From the NCBI GenBank assembly GCA_965112735.1, contig OZ218951.1, forward strand, positions 1,426,001-1,490,000: DNA of 64,000 nt, in the 5' to 3' direction. This DNA is from Phaeosaccion multiseriatum. Its lineage: Eukaryota; Protista; Ochrophyta, other classes. The position numbers were made by a program, and so were the translations under genes. The notes under the pieces are model-generated. The model saw nothing but the letters and a program-made list of their open reading frames with translations. It searched no databases and was not told the origin of the DNA. Position 1 is the stretch's first letter. Every line of letters starts with the position of its first letter. This document shows positions 14,201 through 25,451 of the stretch, piece after piece.

Positions 14201-15549
14201 TGAAGTAAAGAGGAGAGGGGATCGTCGGACCGGCCTGGTGCTGCTGCTTGCGTGTGTATCCGCTCTACTTCGCTCTGTGGCACACAGAGCGGCGAGCACC
14301 ATCAGGCATAGGCAGAAGAAGACGAGGAGGAGGAGGAGGAGGAGGAGGAGGAGGAGGAGCAGCAGCAGCAGCAGGAGGGGGAGGAGGAGGAGGAGGAGGA
14401 GGAGGAGGAGCAGCAGCAGCAGGAGGAGGAGGAGGAGGAGGAGGAGGAGGAGGAGGAGGAGGAGGAGGAGGAGGAGGAGGAGGAAGAGCAGCAGCAGCAA
14501 GAGGAGGAGGAGGAGGAGCAGCAGCAGCAGGAGGAGGAGGACGATGGTAGTGGATGAGAGGGAGGTAGAGGGGGGGGTGGCGACTTGAGTCAGGGGATAG
14601 GACGATACGATATCGCAAACTGCTGTATCACCAACCTGTGCATGCTTGCCTCCTCTTTGACTTCCTCGCTTGTCCTTCTCCTCCTCCTCCTCCTCCTCCT
14701 CCTCCTCCTCCTCGTGGTGTGTGCCATGCAAGTCGATTGGGGTGCTGAAGAGAGTAGAGGCAGGGGCCTCATCCGTGGATGAGTGGTCTTCTTCCAGCAG
14801 CAGGAGGGTGGATAGAGTTTGAGACGCCGACGGTCGGTCTGACGAGAGGGGAGTGGGGGGGAAGAGGGAGGGGAGGGGAAAGGAGGAGAGGAGAGGAGAG
14901 GAGAGAAGAGGGGTGTTTAGCTCATCATTCTCATACGTGCGATACGCCAAAGACAGACGCAGACACCATACAGACACCACAGACTGTACCTGCTAAGGCT
15001 GCTGAGGGGGGTGGAGGGGCCGTTGGGGTGCTTCTTAGTGCCGTAGACCTCAGCGCGGGGGGCGCTAAGGGGTGGGCCAGCCTGCCCCCACCTTCCTGTC
15101 TTCCTCCTCCTCCTCCTCCTCCTCCTCCTCCTCCTCCTCCTCCTCCTCCTCCTCCTCCTCCTTCGCCGCCGCCGCCTCCTGCCTCTACCGCTGTTGTGCG
15201 AGAGATGATCGCCTCTCGCGGTAAGGCGCAGCTTCGTCTATCCGCTTCGAAGCATCGCTGCAGAGGCACCCTATGGAGGACAGGCGGTCGAGGAGGAGGG
15301 AGGAGAAGGGAAGAGGAGGAGTGAATAACAGAAAGAAGTAAGGAACGAAGACCAAGATACTGGGAAAGGAAAGCGTGAGAAGGGAGAGGTACGAGAGGAA
15401 GAGAGTAGATAGGGCGATAGACGTGAGGGGAAGCGAGGCAGAGAGGGGAGGGGGTGGCAGAAGAACGATCTTCCTCCTCCTCCTCCTCCTCCTCCTCCTC
15501 CTCTTGGATAGCCTTCCGAGCTGGCCTGCATGAAGTAGCGAGAGGCCAT
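3486..15549 (-). CDS. VPS35L: VPS35 endosomal protein-sorting factor-like (Retriever subunit, C16orf62/UPF0505), multi-exon; start codon uncertain
   Basis: Exon peptides match VPS35L blocks: [92 protein letters not shown], and N-terminal HPLAP. Confidence 0.88.
5210..5465. repeat. (GAGT)n intronic microsatellite
   Basis: Directly visible. Confidence 0.95.
7910..8225. repeat. (CAGA/CAGG)n intronic microsatellite
   Basis: Directly visible. Confidence 0.95.
8765..8992. repeat. (GAAGG)n intronic pentanucleotide microsatellite
   Basis: Directly visible. Confidence 0.95.
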
Positions 15550-15943
15550 TCCGTGGGAGCCGGAGCCTTTTCTCTATTCATCTTTCAACGCGTCCATTGC
15601 GAGATCAGATTGGACGTACCATGAGAGAAGCTCCTCTCTGGCCGGTCGCTGCTGCTTCTCCTGGGAATGCACCATCCATGCATCCAACAGCTGAGACCCA
15701 CAAGGAGGAGATGGAGAAGAGAATATTGCACCCTCGAGCGACACTCTGAAGCACCAACACGGTAGTAACCGCCAACTGTGTCGCACAACCCGCTTCGTTC
15801 TGCTTCGCGATATCGCTTCGCTCTCGTTATCATAGCAGCTGTGTGTTGTTTTCTCTTTTATAGCGTCCGAAGAGGGTTAGAGTTTGAGCTAGGGTTGGGC
15901 TAAGGTGAGGTTCCTTGCAAAGCCATTTCTACTTGGGCACCTC

Positions 15944-17080
15944 ATGGATAGAATGAGGGCTCCTCTCGGCTCTGCAGCCGCTCTGTTTGTTGCACCTCCC
16001 ACCCCCTGGCAAGGGTTAACAACAGCAGCAGGGCCAGCAGCGGCAGGACGAGGAGGGTCAGCAGTAGGAGGTGGAAGTCGGGCCCCTTTCTCCTCTCTGC
16101 CAAGGCGTAAACGACCTGCCTTCGCCGTGGCAGAGGAGACAGCAGCAGGAGCAGCAGCAGGAGCAGCAGCAGCAACGAGCGCGAAGAGCACCCCACAGAA
16201 GGCAGAGGCTACGCTTTCCTTCATGAGCCCGTGGCGCGACCTCAGAGTGCCCGCCGAGGAGATGCGCCCTGATCTAACCTTGGCCATGGGACAGGTGTGT
16301 GCATGTGGTCGTATCTTTCTCTGTCCTCCTTGTGTGAGTGTGTCCATCCTGTAGCCTAACTACCATCATCATCATCATCATCATCTACCCCCGCCTCCCC
16401 TTCCCTTTCCCCCATGAGACAAGTCATTTAAATGGCAGCAGCTGGGGTCCAGCACGTGGGTCGGTGTGCTCGGTGGACACGTCCTGGCCCTGAGACAGTG
16501 CCCCACCACAACTCTGTATGCCAAGCTGAGAAGGAGAGGAGGAGATGTCGGCCGGGCGCCTCTAAAAAGGCCCCGGGTATCAGCAGAAGAAGAAGATGAA
16601 GGTGAAGATGGCGTCGAGGAAGAGGAGGACGAGGAGGAGGAGGAGCGTGAGATTGAAGCCCTCCTTCGCGACTACCTGCAGCTCGACGAGTCCCTTGCAG
16701 AGCTCTACCCCAAGTGGGCAGCCGCAGACGAGCGAATGAGAGACGTGGCTCTTGCCTTACCGGGAGTGAGAGTGTTGCGGCAGGACCCCTTCGAGTGTCT
16801 GTTGAGCTTCATTTGCTCCTCCAACAATAACCTCTCGCGCATCACGCTCATGCTTGACAAGTGAGTTTTGAGTAGTTGGTGATACAGTAGTACAGGAGTG
16901 CAGCTATTCTTCCTTCTCTTTCTCTCTGTTTGTTCACACATCTCGATGCACGAGACCTTTCCCTCTCAATTCCTGATTGTGACTCTATGATTGTCAACGC
17001 TGCTTCACTGCCTTCCTTCGTCCTCTGCTGCGGCTGGTACTGGTGTGGCCTGCCGTATAACCAACTCTTCTTTCTTCACA

Positions 17081-17119
<39 letters not shown>

Positions 17120-18605
17120 AATGACCACTCTTGTCTACTCTTATGCACAGCCTACGAAGGACGTACGGGAGGCACTTGTTGACCCTGACCGTGGAGGAAG
17201 CTCGGGCCCTCGCCACACATCCCCCAGTAGCGGTTGGTGGTACAGGAGCCCTATCGGAGGCGGGGGCGGTGATGGCCGCATCGCCATCGTCAAGTGCTGC
17301 AGTTGGTGATGCAGCAGAGGAGGGGGGAGACACAAAGAAGGGGGCGAGGGGAACGAAGATGAAGACGAAGAAGAACAAGAAGAAGGGGGGAGGTGGAGGA
17401 GAAGAGGAGAAGGGGACGGAGGATGGGCTTCCCGTCCTGCCTGTCCATGTGTATGCATTTCCCACCCCGGCCGAGCTATCGACCGCGACGGAGCAGGAGC
17501 TTCGAGACATGGGGTTCGGCTACAGAGCACCTTACATACGTGACACCATGAGGACACTACGGCAGAACGTGCAAGAGGGCCGCCGAGTGGTGGCGGAGGA
17601 TGATGCAGCAGCAGCAGCAGCAGCAGAAGTAGCAGTTGGTAATACAGCAGCAGGAGCAGGAGGAGGAGGAGGGATATTCGATGAGCGGGACTGGTTGCTC
17701 GAACTACGGAGATTGGGGTGGAGAGGAGGAGGAGCAGCAACAGCAACAGCAGCAGCAGCAGCAGGAGCAGCAACAGCAACAGCAGCAGCAGCAGCACCAG
17801 GAGGAGGAGGAGGAGGAGGAGGAAGTCACGCCAGCAGCATCCATGATGATGCCAGTCCGCAGCAGCGGCCGACGGAGGACTCACAAGACATGGCGCACAT
17901 GGAGGAGTCACAAATGGCGCGGATGCAGAAGGTGTCCGAGGAGCTGCAACGATTCGCAGGAGTGGGGCCCAAGGTGGCGGACTGCGTGGCGCTCTTTTCT
18001 CTCGATCAAGCCGCTTGCATTCCTGTTGATGTGCACGTGTGGCGTATCGCGTGTAGGGACTTTGTCTCGGTGGATGGTGGGGGGATGGCAGTGGATGGCG
18101 ACGGTGATGGGCAAGTCCAACTCAAGGGCAAGTCTCTCACCCCAAGGATATATAGGTGAGGATGGGGTCTTTCTCTCTCTCTCTCACTCTCTCTCTCTTG
18201 CTCTCCATGCTGCTCTTCCAATGCACGCACCCCCAAATGCTGCGATGCATCCTCCTCTCCCACGCTCTATCTCTCCCCATCTCCCTCCCTCACCCCTCTC
18301 TCCCCCTTTCTCTCCCCACATGCCCCCCCCCCCCCCACCCTCTACCCACTGGTAGGCAAGTTGGTGATCTCTTCCGACGGCGGTACGGAGCGCGTGCAGG
18401 GTGGGCTCACAGCTTACTCTTTGCCGCAGAGCTTTCGAGTATGCGGAGCAGGCTGTCACCGGCCCTGGTGCAGGCGATGGACGACTTTAAGCAACAGGAG
18501 AAGGAGGAGAAGGAGGCCAAGAAGAAAGAGAAGGCGGACGGGAAGGGGAAGCAGAGCAAGAGACGGGCTAAGGAGAAGAGGGAGGGGGAGGGCGACAAGC
18601 AGTAG
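15944..18605 (+). CDS. OGG1: 8-oxoguanine DNA glycosylase/AP lyase, 4 exons (~15944-16293, 16423-16860, 17151-18154, 18355-18605)
   Basis: LTLAMGQ|SFKW, VRVLRQDPFECLLSFICSSNNNLSRI, YAFPT, LRDMGFGYRAPYI, HhH-GPD motif FAGVGPKVADCVALFSLD..IPVDVHVWRIA, and AGWAHSLLFAAEL. Confidence 0.95.
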
Positions 18606-19016
18606 GCGTAGAGCCAATAGTAGGCCTAGAGCCAAGGGTCCGGGGCTGAAGTCGGCGGCAGCCGTCCGCGGAATCAAATTTGATATACTTCTATATTACT
18701 TCGTAGTGTTTTGAATTTATTGTATTGTATTTGTGTTCTCCTGATACTGTAGTAAATTTTAAAAGGCGAAGCAACCACGCATCGCTCCGTTTGCTTTCGG
18801 TCCACCTTTGCCCCCCCCCCCCCTCCTACTGCTGCTGCTGCCTGCCTCCAAGCCCTCCTCCTCCTCCTCCTCCTCCGCCGCCGCCGCCGCCGCCGCTCCC
18901 CCGACCGCCTCCCTCATCCTCCTCCTGCTGGCCTCAAAGAAAGAACTTCCTCCTCTCTCCCTTGAGTCCTCTTGCCCCCGTCCCCCTCCCCCCCTCTCCC
19001 CTTGACTTACTAAGTA

Positions 19017-21109
19017 CTACTTTTGCCCCGCCTTGGGCCTTCTTCTCGCCTTCACCATACGCCTTCCCTGCCCCGGTTGCTGCGCCACACTTCCCATACT
19101 GAATGCACCCCCCCCACCGCCCCCCGGGGCCTGGGCCTGCCCTGGTGCAGCTGCTGCTCCAACGCCGAACCCACCCGCCATCTGTTGCTGTTGTTGTATG
19201 CCCAACTGTTGCTGTTGCTGTGGCTGCCCGAATCCCCCTCCTCCCCCTCCTCCCCCACCGAAGATTGGCGGCGCCCCCGCTCCTCCTCCTCCTCCTCCTC
19301 CTCCTCCTCCTCCTCCTTGCGGCTGAGCACCGAAGCCAATTCCTGCGGCACCACCGAAGCCTTGCGGTTGCTGCTGCTGGGGCTGTGCTGGTTGCCCGAA
19401 TCCGCCCCCACCCCCCCCGAATCCCCCCCCGCCTCCCCCGAATCCTCCTCCGGCTGGTTTCTGTGAGAAGTGAAGGAGAGAGGGCCGTGTCAGCGCGTGT
19501 GCAGAGGGAGGGGCGTTCCGACAGTGTGGAAAGCGGGTCGGGTCGGGTTAGAGGAAGGGGAGGGAGGGGCAACGACAGTCAAAAGGCAGGTTCACGACAA
19601 CGACAGTCAAAACGGCAGGTTAGAAGAAAGAGGCTATTGCGGAGCGAGGGAAGGAGATAAACGGAGAGAGGGGCAGGCTGGGGTTAGTCTTAAGAGGAGG
19701 TCGAAGAGAGGTCTGGTGAGTCAGCTAAGCATGAGGATAAGAGGATAAGAGGATGCGACTCACCGTGGTGCTGGCCCCGAACCCGCCCGCCGCTCCCGGT
19801 GCTTGCTGCATGAAGCCAAGCGCTGGGGGAGCTTGCCCCCCTGCCGCTGCTCCCTGTGGCTGTCCGAAGACACCGCCGCCACCCGCTCCCGATCCAAAGC
19901 CACCTCCCCCGAGGGCTGATGGAGCTGTCGCAGCAGCAGCACCACCACCACCACCACCACCACCACCAGCACCAGCACCAAAGGTGAAGGCGCTCCCCTG
20001 GAGAGCCACAGCAGCAGGAGCACCTCCTCCAAACGTCACAGGAGCCGAGGGAGCCGGAGAAGGGGTGGAGGTTCGCGCAGCAGAGGGTAGGCCAGAAGAG
20101 GAGGCGGTCGGTTGGCCGAAGGTAAAGGCGGCACTTACCCCTCCCGCCCCTGCTGCTTTATCGCCAACCGTTGCTGCTGCTGCTGGTGCTCCTGCTCCTG
20201 CTCCTGCTCCTTGCTGACCAAAAGAGAAGGAAGCGCCCCCCCCCGGAGGAGCTGCGGCGGCAGGGGTAGGGGTAGGGGTAGGCGCCGCCGCCGCTGCGGC
20301 ACCAAACGCAAATGCCGGTGGTGCGGGGGAGGAGGAGGGCAGTGGAAGTGCAGAAGTGACACCTCCACCACCACTACTACCGCCACTCTTGCCAAAGCTG
20401 AAGCCCCCCGACGAGGCGGCTGGGGCGGCAGGAGCGGGCGCAGCGGTGGTGGTGGCTGGTGGTGGCTGACCAAAGGTGAACCCTGGCCCCCCGCCGGCCG
20501 CGGCTGCTGCTGTCGAACCAGCAGCCGCAGCCGGGGCACCCGCATTAGCAGCAGGAGGCGCGGCCCCGAAAGAGAACGCGGCCGGCTTGGGTGGCTGCTG
20601 CTGAGAAGAGGAAGTGGAGGAAGAGGAAGACCCGAAGGAGAAGCCCGCTGGCAATTTGGCTCCTCCTGTTGTATCTCCAGCTGCTGCTGCTGCTGCTGGT
20701 GCTGGTGCTGGTGTTGGTGCTGCTGCGCCTGACGAAGCAGGGGGAGCTCCGAATGAAAACGCCGCGCCAGGAGCAGCAGCAGCTGCGGCAGTTGGCGATA
20801 CAGGAGCAGTGGGAGCAGCTCCGAAGGAGAAGGCCGGCTTACCAGCTGCTGGCCCCCCTTGTGCGACCTCTGCCGCCCCTCCCCCCGCCGCTGCTGGAGG
20901 TGGAGCCGAAGCAGGAGGGGCTCCAAAGGTGAAGGCAGCGCCGCCAGTTGTTGTTGTTGTTGTTGTTGCTGCTGCTGCTGTATCGTCAACTGCTGGTGCC
21001 CCTGCGAGACTGAAGCCTGCTGCCGCGGTAGCATCCGCAGCCGAATCGCTTATAGAGCCAAACGCAGGGACTCGCTTTAGGCCACCCCCTCCCCCCCCTC
21101 CTGCCCCTG

Positions 21110-21140
<31 letters not shown>

Positions 21141-24100
21141 TCCAAACGTTGGCGCGGAAGAAGAAGAGAAGGAGAAGCCGCCTACGGACTGCTGAGAAGC
21201 CTCACCCGGCCCACCCGACCCACCCGACCCACCAGCAGCAGCAGAAGAGCCGTTCCCTCCTCCTCCTCCGCCTCCCGCTGCTTCCCCTTCCGCCCCCCTC
21301 TTCCTCAAGCTAAGCTCCCCCACCACCTTCTCCCCCTGCCCGGGAACCTTGATGGTGTACTGCCCTCCTCCCACAGACTTGAAACCCATCACTCTGGCAA
21401 GCAGCGTCCTGCCCCCTTCGTCCACATAGTCGACCTCTTCCCTCTTGGCGAATCTCGCCTTCAGCCCTCCTCCTGCTCCTCCCCCAGCCTCAGAAGGCCC
21501 TCCTGAGGGTGTGGTGTCGCTTGGTCCGGGCGCCCCGAAGCCTCCAAATCCGCCGGAGGCAGAGCTCCCTTTCGTGGGCGGTGGTGGTGTCTTCCCTGCT
21601 CCATCAGATGATGGCACTGGCACTCCAAAGGTAAAGGCAGGTGGTGGTGCGGTAGCAGCAGCAGCAGCAGGAGCAGCACTACCGGTAGCAGTAGCAGGAG
21701 GTGCAGCTCCAAAGGTAAAGGCAGGAGCGGGTGGAGGAGAGGGCCCCCCTCCTTCGTCATCCGCTTCATCTGCTTTGCGTTTGCTTCTTCTGCTTTTGCC
21801 GCCGCTGCTGCTGCCGTCTTTGACTTTGCTGCTGCTGCTGCTGCTGCTGGTGCTGCTGCCGCCGAAGGTGAAGCCTGCAGGCCCCTTATCCGATGACGAT
21901 GAGGCTGCGGCTGCTGCTGTATCGCCAACTTCGCTAGCTTGAGCAGCAGGAGGGAAGCCGAACCCGCCGCCGCTGCTGCTGCTCGTCGCTGTCCCCTTCG
22001 GCGCAGAAGAAGAAGAGGGAGAGGGACCCCCACCGAAAGTGAAGCCAGCCTTGCCGACGTGCCCTGCTGGTGCTGGTGCTGTGGTCGTGGTGGTGCTGGC
22101 TCCGGTGGCGGGGGTGGATGACCCGAAGGTAAAGCCCCCTACGCTGATCGCCCCGTTGGCGGTGACACCACTGCTACCACTACTTTCGCCCAGGCTGACC
22201 TTCTCCTTTCCACTCGTGCTCGTGCCCGTCGCGCTCGTACCCCCACCCGCCGCTGCCCCTGCAGTATCACCAACTGCCCCTCCTCCTCCTCCTCCTCCTC
22301 CTCCTCCTCCTCCTCCTCCTCCTCCTCCTCCGGCTCGCTCTGTCCCGCACGAGACACACTTGGTGGCGTCCTTCTCATTGCGCACAAAGCAGGCCGTGCA
22401 CTTCCACTGCCCCGGCTTGGGTCCGAACTTCTTCATGTCAAAGCCCATCGTCGAGGATGATGCAGCAGGAGTAGGAGCAGCAGGAGCAGCGGAAGCGTCT
22501 GCCTTGCTCGTGGAGGCCAATGCCGCTGCTTTCTCGCCGCTCCTCATCCCTCCTCCTCCTCCTCCTCCTCCACCGTCAACACCAACGCCACTTTTGTCCT
22601 TGCCAACACCATCCCCTGAAAGGCCAGAATCGGGCATGAAGTTAAAGCGAAGGCCGCCGTCCCCTTCCTTGCCCACTCCTCCGCTCTTGCTCTTGCTCTT
22701 GCTGCTGCTGCTGCTGCGCTTGCCACTGCTCTCCTGGCCATGGCTCTTGGGAGGAGTGAACCGAAACACAGGTACCCCCCTTTCCCCACTCCCTCCCCCA
22801 GCCATGAGCTCCACCATCGGAGAGACGACTTGTTTGGGAGGCGTAAACGTGAACTCGGAGTCCTCTCCCCCTCCCCCCGTCCTGCTGGTGCTACTCCGCC
22901 GCTGGTTGCGCCCTGAAGACGAAACGGTGGGTGTGGTGGTCAGGGAAGAAGAAGAGGCACCATCACCATCACCTCCCTGCTGCTCCTGCTGGCGACTCCC
23001 CCCAAGGCTCCCAAAGATGTCCGCAGCCCCTCCTGTTGGTGGTGCAGTCGTCTCCATTTGCGGCGGAAGCCCCTCCTCCACCGACCGGGTGGGCGGGGCC
23101 TCGTTTCCGAGCATGGACTTGCGCCGACTACGGGGAGGCAAAGCACCACCTCTTCCTCCCCATGCATCACCGACGCGACCGTCCTCATCTGCATCATCAA
23201 CACCACCACCACCATCACCACCACCATCTCCTCCTCGTCCCCCTCCTCCTCCTCCTCCTCCTCCTCCTCCTCCTCCTCCTCCTGCTGGTAGCCGCTGAGC
23301 TCTGGCGTCCTGGAGTGGTGTAGTGAGCTCCCCCAACGACTCGAGAATCTTCCTGGCGCTGAGAGCAGCGCTCGTTGGGGTGCGTGAGGCTCGCCTCTGG
23401 GAGGTGAAGTAGCGAGCCCCTGGGGTGGCATGGACGGCCGAACTCATACTGTAGCGGGTCATTGCCCTCCTGTTGTGGTTGCCTCCTATACTACCACTCA
23501 GGGCTCTACGCTTTCGGGGTCGACTTCCTTCCCCATCCATTGCCATCCCCGGCCACTGCTGCTCCTTCTGACTCTGGTCCCCCCTGCTGTATCCACCAAC
23601 GGGGTTGTTGTCGTCTTCCTCTTCACCAGCATCCCCGTACGGAAACTGCCGCTTCTGCTGACGACGATGATGGTGCTGGGGCTGGTGCTGGTGCTGGTAC
23701 GCATCATCTCTATCTCTCATGGGATGGAGCCCGTCCGTCGCATCGTACTCCACGCCCTGGTGCGGCTGGTAGGTGGGGTCAAGGATACTCCTCCTCCTGC
23801 CCCCCAGCAGGCTGTACGAGGAGTCTCCACCGTCGGCCTGGGGATATTGACTGTGACCACTCATGCGTGAAGATGAAGAAGTGGGTCTGGCGCCACTGTC
23901 TCGGCGGTGATTGGAGTAGGGTGGGGGTCTGTACTGCCCCGCCCCCGCACCGGTCGCACCAGAGTCAAAGCTAAAGCCAGGAAACTTGGACGAACACGAG
24001 GAGGAGGAGGATTGCCCGTTTCTCCCCCTCCTGAACCCACTGCTCTGCCGGTGTCCGTCTCCCCCCTCCCCCCCCCACTCTTCCTCCTCTTCATACTCCT

Positions 24101-24435
24101 TCTCCTTCTCCTTCTCCTCCTCCTCCTCCTCCTCTCCATACCCCATACCCCCTTCTCCCCCCTGCAGCGCTGGCTCGGATTCGTGTGCTCCCCGTGCCCT
24201 CTTGACCCTTCCCCCCGCCCGCCTAGAGACCCCCCCACTGCTCCTCTTGCTCTGGCGGCTGCTCCCCAAGTTAGGGCCAAGCTCCCAGCGGCCACCGTGA
24301 TTGTTCTCTCCCTCGTTCCGAGACTGCTCGATACTGTACTGCTGCTGCTGCTGCTGCTGCTGCGGATACTGATGCTGCGGAAAGTGTGCCGACTGATTAC
24401 GGTCCGCATCGGGTCTCTCCCGCAAGTGCCGCCGC

Positions 24436-24469
<34 letters not shown>

Positions 24470-25067
24470 CAGGGGCACTTCCCCCCCCTTCTGACCCGTC
24501 ACTAAGTATGCCCCACTCTTGTCGCCTGTGCTGTCGGTACAGCTCCTGCTCTTCGTCTTCCTGCCCTCTTTGCTCCCTCTGCCTCCGCACGGGGGGCGGC
24601 GCAGGCATGGGCTCATTTTGACCGCTGGCACGCGTATCTTCGTTCCCCCGCGCCGCAACAGCAGCAGCAGGCTCGACGGCTGGCCCATTGCTCTTTCGGA
24701 GCAGCTCAAACAAAGCATCCACGTCGTCATCTGCTGCCTCTGCCGTCCCCTCTGCCATAGCAAAGACCTTGAGAGTCAGGTTCGTAACGTTGTCTTGAGC
24801 CCCCTCATCACCCTCCCTTCGTTGCTGCTGCTCCAAGTATGGGCTGCTGCTAGAGCTCTCTGCGGTTGTCCCAGCAATCGCCTCTGCTGTTGCGCGCGAG
24901 TCTCCTGGACTTTCCAGTTCCTGCTCACCTTCCTCCCCTCCCCCTTCCACACTCTCCTCCCCTTCTCTATCACTACCCGTGCTGCTGGCCCGCCCGCCGC
25001 CCAAGAGAGGGAAGCTACTGAAAGCCGCGCCCAGCCTCCCCAAGAGGCTCGACCGCCGTCTCTCCAT
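19017..25067 (-). CDS. Nup153/Nup1-like FG-repeat nucleoporin with a RanBP2-type zinc finger; 2 exons (25067-~19763, ~19462-19017)
   Basis: 1780-aa ORF with WKCTACFVRNEKDATKCVSCG (RanBP2 ZnF), many FTFG/FSFG repeats, and a basic C-terminal tail GRRMVKARRRPKAGQK typical of nuclear basket nucleoporins. Confidence 0.85.
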
Positions 25068-25451
25068 GGCTTTCTGCCGCTGACCGCAGCCTGCGTGCAG
25101 CCGCTCGCCTTCCTGATTTGGAGCTTGCGGTCCAAAAAGATATTGCTTGATCCTGGGCTAGATTTCAAAGTTGTCGTTGCCGAGGAGGGGAAAGGAATTT
25201 TTTTTTATCCATACATCTGCCCAGGGCCTCTAGGGCACCTACTATCGCGAGCGACCCTATGAGTCCCGAGTCATCCTTCTCTGCCTCCCCTCCTTCCCTC
25301 CTCCCCTTCTGTCCCAATCTCCTCCCAAGCTCCTGTCCCCGTATTCCACGGCAACAGCGAGTGCCAAGCCCCGCCGAGCACCACGGCCGAAGCCAAGACT
25401 AGCAGGGAGAAGAAGAAGCGAACAAAGCGAACAACGCCAAAATATGGAATC

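Noticed and set aside
15870-15905. Telomere-like GGGTTAG words (also ~54214, ~57398)
   Set aside because: Only 1-2 degenerate units; the intronic ones are explained as CTAAC branch points.
14115-22277. AVGDT as a functional peptide repeat
   Set aside because: The same nucleotide word occurs in other frames, on the other strand and in introns, so the signal is at DNA level.
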